64,000 nt of DNA from Octopus sinensis (taxonomy: Eukaryota). Below the pieces are notes generated by a model, which had not been told where the DNA came from, ran no database searches, and was given only the letters and a program-made list of their open reading frames with translations. Shown here piece by piece: positions 54,837 to 64,000 of the stretch. Position numbers and translations under genes: made by a program. The first letter of the stretch is position 1; every line of letters begins with the position of its first letter. Location of the stretch: positions 51,026,001 to 51,090,000 of the forward strand of contig NC_043003.1 of assembly GCF_006345805.1 (NCBI RefSeq). The letters are read 5' to 3'.

Positions 54837-55014
54837 GACGAAAATGGTTGAAAGCATAAAACAGCAGAAACCAAAAAGAGAAAAGGTTAGAATAAAACCC
54901 ACTACACCAAAATTACAAACAGTATTCTGCAATACTTGCAGTCAGGATTGTGCCAATATCTTAGGTTTAAATACCCCGAGATTCCCTCACAGCCATAAAA
55001 AAGGAGAAAATTCA

Positions 55015-55930
55015 CTGGCACTGTGTGGTTAAGAAACTAACTTTGCAACGACGTGGTTTCGGATTCAGCAGAAGACACTTAGGTAGCCATGTGGTTTCGG
55101 CTATAGCAGAAGACACTTAGGCAATTGTCTTCTGCTATACCCCACCGCACCGATAAATACATTGTGAGTGGGTTTATTAGATGGAAACTGTGGAGGACAG
55201 TCGTGTGTGTGTGTGTGTGTGTGTGTGCGTGTGCGTGTGTATGTGTGCGTGTGCGTGTGTGTGTGCTTGACCACCACCTCGTTTGACAACTGCTGTCTTC
55301 TTCTTCTTCCAATCAGGACCCACGCCATTAGCCACAAAGAATAATCTCTAACCCGTGCCTACTCTAAGCTACTAAGAATGCGTGTGGCAACTTGAAGATC
55401 CACCCACCATATGCGTTGTTATCCTCATTCCATAAACGGTGGCTTTTTAACGGGTAGAGAGCTCTGGGGTACAGAGGATTCGCAATCTAGAATAGAGTCT
55501 GAAAGTTTACCACACCATTGTGGGTTACACCATGGTTCCCCTGCTTTGTGGAAAAAGTAGGAAGAAAGAGTGAGAGAAAGTTGTGGTGAGAGAATACAGC
55601 GGGGTTCACCACCACCACCCTGCTGGAGCTTCGTAGAGCTTAGGTGTTTTTGCTCAATAAACATTCACAATGCCCAGTCTGGGAATCAAAACTGCGTTCT
55701 TACGACTGCGAGTCTGCTGCCCTAACCATTGGGCCATTGCACCTCCTGACAACTGCTGTTGGTTTCTTTACGACCTCTGTATCTTAGTGGTTCGGCGAAA
55801 GACACCAACAGAATAAGTACCGGACTTAAAAATAAGCACTAGGGGGTGGGGATCGAGTGATTCGACTAAAAAGCCTTCAAAACAGTACCCCAGGATGGGC
55901 ATATTTGAATGACTGAAACAAGTAAAGGAT
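55015..55930 (+). mobile_element. SINE family A interrupted by a family B SINE (55297-55746, minus) with a 13-bp TSD
   Basis: TGACAACTGCTGT at 55284-55296 and 55747-55759 flanks the insert. Confidence 0.85.
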
Positions 55931-56868
55931 ACGAACTACCCATATTCACAAACGAATGATAGCCAAAATGAAGGAGAAAGAATCGAGAACATAACAATAT
56001 CAGTACCGGATAATGTCAATCAGGTGACGATGTAAAAACTAGGCTACGGATTAAATCTACCACAGAAGAACTGAAATAGTTCCCACTGACAGATTTCCAC
56101 AGTTTCCTTTTCTTAAATTTCACCCATAAGGCTTTGGCTGGCTCGAGGTTATGGAAACATAGATAACACTTGTTCTGTTGTAGGTGCCGAGTAATGATGG
56201 TATTGAGATATATTGAACCTGAAACCATATAATTGCAAAACGAAATTCTTAAACATGCAGCCATACATCCATTGCTTTCCCATTGTGCAAATTTGATTAA
56301 CGCCAGTACTAATTATGGTGCCTTTCCCCGCTTTTTTTATTAGCTATTTATTAGCTATTTTAAGACAGCAAGGGTGAGAGTAGAAAGAATGTGCGTGTAT
56401 GTATGTGTGTGCGCGCTGCGTTATGAACAATATTGTAATATTGCAAAAAATAACGAGACGGAAAATTTTCTTTCGAAAATAAAAAAGCAGACAGTAATAG
56501 ACAACTGATGAAAGGATTAGACGAGCACACCTATACAGGGGCTTTCTTTTCATTTATTGGGAACATCCCTTTGTCCATGTATATCGATTTGGGGTGTTAT
56601 ACACACACACGCGCGCTTGCACACACACACACACACATATATATCTTTTACTCTTTTACTTGTTTCAGTCATTTGACTGTGGCCATGCTGGAGCACCGCC
56701 TTTTAGTTGAGCAAATCGACCCCAGGACTTATTCTTTGTAAGCCTACTGGCTTTGTAAGTTACGGGGACGTAAACACAACAGCATCGGTTGTCAAGCGAT
56801 GTTGGCGTGACAAACATAAACATACAAACATATACACTCACATATACATATACATATATATATATATA

Positions 56869-57075
56869 ATGTAACCGCGTGTGTACCGTTGGCGATTTTT
56901 TTTCTTCCGTCTCCCCTTCTCTGGATCTTTCCTTTTCCTATGTTTCTGACGAAGAGCTCCGCTCAAAACGTAAAACCCTCCTTCTTCCCTTCCTCCCTGA
57001 GCGTCCAATAATACTATATTTGTTCCACGTCCTCGCGTTGTTGTGTTTTCTCTTTGTGTTTTCATGTTTGGATTA

Positions 57076-57079
<4 letters not shown>
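56869..57079 (+). mobile_element. Solo Penelope-like pseudo-LTR with minimal hammerhead (56946-56972, GAAA mutated to AAAA)
   Basis: CTGACGA-A-GAGC-TCC-GCTC-AAAACGTA. Inserted in the SINE's (TA)n tract. Confidence 0.7.
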
Positions 57080-57115
<36 letters not shown>

Positions 57116-57258
57116 TACGACGGGCTTCTTTCAGTTTGCGTCTACCAAATCCACTCACAAGTCTTTGGTCGGCCCGAGGCTATAGTTGAAGACACTTGCC
57201 CAAGGTGCCACGCTGTGGGACTGAACCCGGAACCATGTGGCTGGTAAGCTAGCTACTT

Positions 57259-59325
57259 TATTTCATAAAATTTGTCATCATAGACAGTACACAGAGTGTG
57301 TAGCTTTGCGGGCTGGACAAACACATTAATGAATGAAAATGAAATAGAATGAATAAATAAGAGACGAAACCCAACACCCGCCGATTGGATTTTTCTCGAA
57401 AACATATTTTCTTTTTTTAAAAATCAATATGAGGTTTCAAACCTCTTACAAGAAGGAGGCACTAAAACCTCTTACTTAACATGTTTTTTTTTAAAACACA
57501 CAATTGAGGTTATAAACCACTACAAATAATACAATAAGATGAGGTTTCAAACCCTATAACAAGGGTCTTTCACTCCTACTCTTCGATATAACCATCGATA
57601 TATTCATCATTATCTTCAATGCCGCTTGAGTTCCTGTATCCCACCATTTCCCATGCCTCACTCATATAGGACATGTAAGTCGTGTAAGGGCCACCCGCCC
57701 ATATGCGACACTCCTCCCCAAATCCTTTAAGCCTTTCCCACAGGGGAAACCTTATGACCTCCACAGCTATGTGCGGAGAACATTCGAGATCCCGTGTGAA
57801 GGGCATATCTACTGTCTCTTTATGTTCTTCTACTATTTTTCCACCTCCCCGCCCTTATAGAAAAAGATAATTAATTGATCATCTTTAAGGGTGGGGGTGG
57901 TTTCTTCCAGCGTGGGTGGCACAACTTCGGGACATGCAGACGGCACATCATCTCCCCGCTGAGATAACCCGTTCTTCTTCCTTCTTTTTTTCTTTTCTTC
58001 CTGACTTCGGGAGAGTGGAGCCCTTCCGCTTTGTCCGGAGACGCTCCCCCGCCTCCCGAAGCCTTAGGTTCCTTCGGCGGGCAACTATTGTTGCCCGCCT
58101 TCTTCCTTTTTGATCTTTTTTCAGTTGCGGAGGCTGAAGCCTCCTCGACCACATCCACCTCTCCCTTTGACCAGGTAGGGGAAGTGGCATCTAGTGACTG
58201 TTCCAGGACCTTACCATGGTCCTGGGAGCAGTTCCTTTTAATGTGGCCTGGCTGCAGGCACGAGTGATACTTGGGGGGACGTCCCTCAAGTATCACCGGA
58301 TACCTGCTGCCAGCCATTTTCAAGAAATCTGGAAAAACCAGATCTGTTGCAGCCGATGGGGTCCACAGGGTCAAAATCGCTTTTGACCCTTCCCAATCGA
58401 CCGCCGGCAATACCCTTACTATTAAGAGCCTGGGCCCGCCATCCCCCTGTCCCCGTCGGATGGTATCTTCAATCCAATCCGCTTCGGTGCTTGGGGGTAA
58501 TCCACATACCCAGGCTCGTATTAATTTTCTTCCACAATATGACGGAAGGAACAGAATTTCCTTGCCTTCTAAAGGCTGACTCACAAACTGGCGAGCCTTT
58601 TCCCCGTTGTCAAACAGCAACCGTACGGTTGCATGTCTGACACCACGCGATATATATTTTAAAGAGGACAAATATTCTTTAAGTTCATTTTTTATTACTT
58701 GTTTTGGGAAGACGGTGATGGAATTAAGAACTTTAGAATAAGTTCTAAGTACCATCGTCTTCTCCTCCATATCTTTTAACCACTGCTTAGGCGGGTTAAT
58801 TTCCCACTCTAAGACAGAGTTTTTCTTTTTAAGTTCCTTCTCTGCCATGTCAAAAAACAGTTCAAAAGTAGTTCAAAAGACAGTCTGACAAAAAACTAAA
58901 CCGAATGAAAATAAAACAAAATAAAAGAGGAGAGGAGGAAACTGAAATTAAAGTAATGAAAAGAATGAACCAAAATTTAGAAAGAAAGAAAAAATAGAAG
59001 GGAAAAGTAAAAGAAAAACCTCACAAATAGCACAGACAGGGAATCCTTTGTATAATACTCCAAAAAGGTAATCCAAACAAGTAATCCAAATGGCTTATTC
59101 TTATTTTTCTGGCGAGATACGCCCAGTAGAATTTACAAAAAGAATTTTCAAGCAAAAATTCTCAATTCACCGTTACGGTGATGAGAACCCAGTATTTTGC
59201 TCGCTATAGCGAGCCATAATTGACAATTTTCCTTTTGTTCTTTTTTTCTATTCACGGAGTCGAAACTCACATCTTCTCACTGTAACAGTCCAGACCAACT
59301 AGTGTTGCATTCTGGTTAACCGGAA
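57259..59325 (-). mobile_element. 2.07-kb non-autonomous non-LTR element carrying only an ORF1-like gene
   Basis: 15-bp TSD GTAAGC(T/A)AGCTACTT at 57244-57258 and 59326-59340. No RT or endonuclease sequence seen. The 3' end has AATAAA at the junction. Confidence 0.85.
57871..58848 (-). CDS. L1/Tx1-type ORF1 (gag-like nucleic-acid-binding protein), 325 aa, probably frameshift-truncated
   Basis: Only long complex ORF in the window. EGRPPKYHSCLQPGHIKRNC is a CCHC knuckle with the first C replaced by Y. WVCGLPP motif and a basic low-complexity tail. Confidence 0.75.
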   Translation of the reverse strand: MAEKELKKKNSVLEWEINPPKQWLKDMEEKTMVLRTYSKVLNSITVFPKQVIKNELKEYLSSLKYISRGVRHATVRLLFDNGEKARQFVSQPLEGKEILFLPSYCGRKLIRAWVCGLPPSTEADWIEDTIRRGQGDGGPRLLIVRVLPAVDWEGSKAILTLWTPSAATDLVFPDFLKMAGSRYPVILEGRPPKYHSCLQPGHIKRNCSQDHGKVLEQSLDATSPTWSKGEVDVVEEASASATEKRSKRKKAGNNSCPPKEPKASGGGGASPDKAEGLHSPEVRKKRKKEGRRTGYLSGEMMCRLHVPKLCHPRWKKPPPPLKMIN

Positions 59326-59374
59326 GTAAGCAAGCTACTTACCACACAGCCACTCCTACGCCTATAAATTCTTT

Positions 59375-59585
59375 CTAATATTGGCACAATGTCAGCAGAT
59401 TTGTGGGGAAGTGGGAAAATCCATTACATCGACCCCAGTACTTGACTGGTATTTATTTTTCCGCCCCCGAAAGGTTCAAAGGCAGAATCACACCCTGTGG
59501 AATTTGAATTCAGAACGTAAATCGCCAGATGAATGACGCTAAGCATTTTCGCCGACGTGCAAATGATACTGCCAATTCACCACCT
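59375..59585 (-). mobile_element. SINE family C
   Basis: ATCGACCCCAGT, CCCCGAAAGG and GGAATTTGAA..CAGAACGTAA blocks. Confidence 0.78.
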
Positions 59586-59805
59586 TATTAACCAATAAAT
59601 TAATTTTAGGTTTGTTTCTGTCTTCTCATATTTGCCAGCAAAAGTTTTCAGCCGTTGCGTTAAATATTTCTTTCTTTAAGTTTACTAATATTTCATATCT
59701 CTTCTTAATATCTACCCCATAGCCACCACCGTTACCCACCTTTTCTCAAATTCTACTGAATTTACTTAATGAATATAATAGTAATATACTAGTTCGAGTA
59801 TAATC

Positions 59806-60192
59806 TTTACTCTTTTACTCTTTTATTTGTTTCAGTCATTTGACTGCAGCCATGCTGGAGCACTGCCCTTAGTCGAGCAAATCGACCCTGGGACTTATTC
59901 TTTGGAAGCCTAGTACTTATTCTATCAGTCTCTTTTGCCGCTAAGTTACTGGGGACGTAAACACACCAGCATCGGTTGTCAAGCGATGTTGGTGGGGGGG
60001 GGACAAATACAGACACACACACACACACACATATATACATACATACGATGGGCTTCTTTCAGTTTCCGTCTACCAAATCCACTCACAAGGCTTTGGTCGG
60101 CCCGATGTTATAGTAGAAGATACTTGTCCAAGGTGCCACGCAGTGGGACTGAACTCTTAACCATCTGGTTGGTAAGCAAGCTACTTACCACA
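59806..60192 (-). mobile_element. SINE family A, near full length
   Basis: Highly similar to 43672-44065. Confidence 0.9.
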
Positions 60193-60511
60193 CTAGATTT
60201 TGCAATAAATTATGCACACAGTAAAAAAGAAAGAATGTAAATTGGAAAACCTATAGAATCATAGAACTACGGTCATGCTCGAGTACCGCTTCCAGGAGTT
60301 TTCAACAATCATATCAATTATCAATCCTGGTAATTATTTCAGTCTTGCGCTGATTTTTATTGATCTCTGTTTATCGAATGGTTAATTTAGCTTCTGAATA
60401 TAACGGATGCATCTTAAATGGATACTGCTAGATGCACCGTTTTACATCAGCAGACCCACACACACAGACACACACAGACATACACACACACACACACACA
60501 GACACACACAG

Positions 60512-60565
<54 letters not shown>

Positions 60566-60673
60566 GAACACGCTTCCGCTCAGTTTCTATTACTAAAATC
60601 TCTCTTAGAAGGCAAGGTATTGGAGAACTCGAGGCGACAGAGGAGACTTTTTTCGAACAATCCTGTCATTCAA

Positions 60674-60718
<45 letters not shown>

Positions 60719-60754
60719 TACATACATACATACATACATACATACATACATAGG

Positions 60755-61280
60755 TGGAGGCGCGTGGCTTAGTGGTTAGCACCATGATCGTAAGATTGTG
60801 GTTTCGATTCCTGGACCGGGCGGCGCGTTGTGTTCTTGAGCAAAACACTTCATTTCACGTTGGTCCAGTCCACTCAGCTGGCAAAAATGAGTAATGCTGC
60901 AATGGGCTGGCGTCCCGTCCAGCTGAGGAACACATACGCTATAGAAACCGGGAAACCGGGCCCATGAGCATGGTTAGGCTTTAAAAGGACGCATTTATTT
61001 TTTGTGGAGGCTCATGGCCTAGTGGTTAGAGCAGCGGATTCGCCGTCGAGGGATCGCGGGTTCGAATCTTAGACCGGGCGATGTGTGTGTTTATAAGCGA
61101 CGCGGCTCCGGCAGAAGGTAATGGCGAACTTCTGCTGACTCTTTCCCCACAACTTTCTCTCACTCTTTCCTCCTGCATCTTGCAGCTCACCTGCGACGGA
61201 CCGGCGTCCCATCCGGGTTGGAAACCTATACGTCAAGAAAACGGGAAAGCGGCCCTTATGAGCCAGGCATGGCTTGAGAA
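60755..61280 (+). mobile_element. Two tandem tRNA-derived SINEs (family B variants)
   Basis: Heads GGAGGCGCGTGGCTTAGTGGTTAG (60755) and GGAGGCTCATGGCCTAGTGGTTAG (61005). Similar GAAAC.GG..ATGAGC tails. Confidence 0.85.
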
Positions 61281-61584
61281 GGAAGGAAGGAAGGAAGGAA
61301 GGAATGAAGGAAGGAACACACAAACAAACAAACAAAAAAACAAACATGCATACATACATACATACATACATACACACACACACATATACATGTATGCATG
61401 TTCAAATGGTTAAAATAATTGCCTCACAACCACGATGTTCCTGTTTCGAACCCACAGTGTGGGATTTTGGGCAAATGTCATTCTCTAAAGGCCAATCATG
61501 TATCCATGCCTTAGCTGTACAGTTTGGTCGACTGAAACAGTATAGAAAGACCGTCGGATTGAAAGCCCCTGTATTTCAAATATA

Positions 61585-61813
61585 TATTTCTTTATTGCCC
61601 ACAAGGGGCTAAACATAGAGGGGACAAACAAGGACAGACAAACGGATTAAGTCGATTACATCGACCCCAGAGCGAAACTGGTACTTTATTTATCGACCCC
61701 GAAAGGATGAAAGGTAAAGTCGACCTCGGCGGAATTTGAACTCAGAACGTAACGACAGACGAAATACCGCTAAGCATTTCGCCCGGCGCGCTAACAAGTC
61801 TGCCAACGCCGCC
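61585..61813 (-). mobile_element. SINE family C, near full length
   Basis: Reverse complement of the 8967 copy. Confidence 0.9.
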
Positions 61814-62854
61814 TTATTTCAAATATATAGTCGTGTCCACACACAGAGATTTCGAAGAGACAATGTGTGTGTGTGGAGTGGTCAGCTACTCATGCGCTAA
61901 TTCAGTGCGCAGGTAATTCAGCTGACAGAACAAATGAAACCTCGTCGTAACTGACGGTGAACCATCCATTAAGATTTTAGAAAGTATTTTTGATACACTC
62001 ACAAAAACATTCTTAAATTAAAAATCATTAAGTATATTTTTGAAATCTTTAAAAAACAGACTGATACAAATCTTTTGTGTCATTCTAAGTTTTAAAGATT
62101 TTTTTTTACATAAAATTAATTTGTAATTTAAGAAAATCTTTCTTCAAATGTGTGTGTGTGCTCGCGCGCGCGAGCATGCGTCTGTGTGCGTGTCTGGGTG
62201 TTTGCGCGCGCGCATGCGTACGTGCCACTTTCTCACTAAAAAGAAATTGTCAAGGGAGATAACTTTCTATTTTGCTGCTTTTTATATTGTACTTGTTTCC
62301 CTTGCAACATTTTTATTGCAATAACGTAAATAATTATTTTCTACTCAACATAAGAGCATTTTCTCAAAGTTCAGCCGTATATCAGACGAGCTACAACAGA
62401 ACCACTCCTGAGTTTCCTGTTAATCAATAAGTTTGAGGCATCAACAGGTTTTTCAAACTGGAGATGATTCTCATGACTTTAACCTCCTCAGCTCAACAGA
62501 AAGCCATAGTTGCAATCAACTCAAAAACAAGCAAAACACTCTTCGACAATATAGTCTTCTCGACACACTAATAAAATATTTTAGTCCTGAATTTGGACAG
62601 TCGAGTGGTTAGATCAATAACCGTAAGTCCGAGAAATCGTATTTTGCTAGACTCATTGTTATGGATTTTATATGTATTATATTAATGCTTGGTTTTATGT
62701 TCAATTATAACTAAGAACAATTTTACATTAATCAGAGGCGTTCCACTATATTTTTGTAAAGTATAAATTTCTTCTTCTTAAACATGAATATTGACAGTGA
62801 CTTCGAAGTTACGGCCAACTAAGCCATCATCGGACTGCCTACGATGGCTTAAGA

Positions 62855-62885
<31 letters not shown>

Positions 62886-62943
62886 TACATACATACATAC
62901 ATACATACATACATACATACATACATACATACATACATACATA

Positions 62944-63827
62944 CACAAGGTGCAATGGGTAAATTGTCGCCGTTTTATATTTTTAATTTCGTGTATGTGC
63001 ATTGATTGCTTTTGATTCTGTCGACTACACAGTATTGTAGGGTCAGTTGGACACAGTTTCTGAGAAAGGCAGCATCATGACGCGATTCACTCTGCAAGAA
63101 ATTCGGAAACGACATGCTCTACTGCTTGGCATTCGCGCCGGAAGCTCCCCCTATCAACAGATGGGGAACATAGAACATCCGTTGGCTTGCCGTGTCCTCA
63201 AAACATGTACCGAGAGTGATAAAAATCAAACATCCAGTCAACATCATGGTGTTTGGAGAGATCACTAATGATGGCGACGTTATGCCTCCATTCAACTTCC
63301 CACACGGCCTCAAACTCGACACGGAGGCCTACATCAAGTGCCTGGAGGAGGTAGCGCAGGCCTGGATCAAGAGGGTAGCTGCTGGAAGACCCTGGCAACA
63401 CGACTCTGCACGATGCCACACAAGCAGGAGGACCCAGTCATGGCTGTCAGACAATTTTTGCGACCACATCGCCCCTGACATCTAGCCACCAAACGCCCCA
63501 GACTGTAATGCCCTTGGTTATTATGTGTGGGGCACAACTGAGCGAGAGACCAACAAAACTCCTTGTAACACCAAAGATGAACTGAAGGCAAGGATTACAG
63601 CAGCATTCACCAACTTAAACAAGGAGACCGTTCAGAAGAGTTGCAGGAAATTCTGAAATCGCCTGGAGGCCATGGTTGAAGCCAATGGCGATTTTATTGA
63701 AAAAATTTACTCTTCAGTATTTCAAGATATTTTTATGTAATATTGGTAAATATATCTATTAAAATGAGATGTCATTGTTATTTTCATTTTTGCGTAATTT
63801 AGACGACAATATATTCACCACATCCTG

Positions 63828-63829
<2 letters not shown>
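62944..63829 (+). mobile_element. maT (DD37D) Tc1/mariner-superfamily transposon, internally deleted, pseudogene
   Basis: Reads IMVFG...QHDSARCH...I*PPNAPDCNALGYYVW, with 37 residues between the second D and the mutated third D position. Degenerate TIRs CA.G.TG......TA.ATTGTCG and a right-hand TA. Confidence 0.88.
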
Positions 63830-63889
<60 letters not shown>

Positions 63890-63940
63890 GTATGTATATA
63901 TATATATGTATGTATATATATGTATATATATATATGTATA

Positions 63941-63976
<36 letters not shown>

Positions 63977-64000
63977 TATATGTATGTATGTATTATGTAT
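63830..64000. repeat. (TA)n/(TATG)n microsatellite
   Basis: Directly visible. Confidence 0.95.

Larger units (their letters stand above)
56646..59362 (-). mobile_element. SINE family A split by two nested insertions
   Basis: Tail at 56646-56850, mid/head at 57115-57258, head remainder at 59326-59362. Confidence 0.85.

Noticed and set aside
60755-61080. tRNA-like sequences here and at 7620-7699, 28495 and 35310-35380
   Set aside because: They have A/B boxes but no closed acceptor stem, and continue into SINE bodies, so they are SINE heads.
42411-64000. Upstream cyclase exon (VTIYFSDIVGFT)
   Set aside because: Not found by manual motif scan. It is probably outside the window, though I may have missed a divergent copy.

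Overview
AT-rich, microsatellite-dense eukaryotic genomic DNA. The tRNA-derived SINE families resemble those I associate with octopus genomes (inference, not a database hit). The only well-supported host coding sequence is two minus-strand exons (42342-42410 and 34812-34986) from the catalytic domain of a receptor-type guanylate cyclase. I could not find the neighbouring exons, so most of the window is probably long introns. The rest is mobile DNA: at least four SINE families, an internally deleted mariner and a DD37D (maT) transposon, non-autonomous Helitrons, RTE, CR1-like and RLE-type LINE fragments, Penelope-like remnants, and a 2.07-kb TSD-flanked element with only an ORF1/gag-like gene. 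The most striking unannotated signal is about ten type I hammerhead ribozyme motifs. Three have an intact core plus all three stems (6249-6334, 30842-30923, 31701-31777), and two of those are mirrored in a ~1-kb palindrome. Nearly all ORF-track ORFs are microsatellite or SINE artefacts. Repeat boundaries were read by eye and are approximate.
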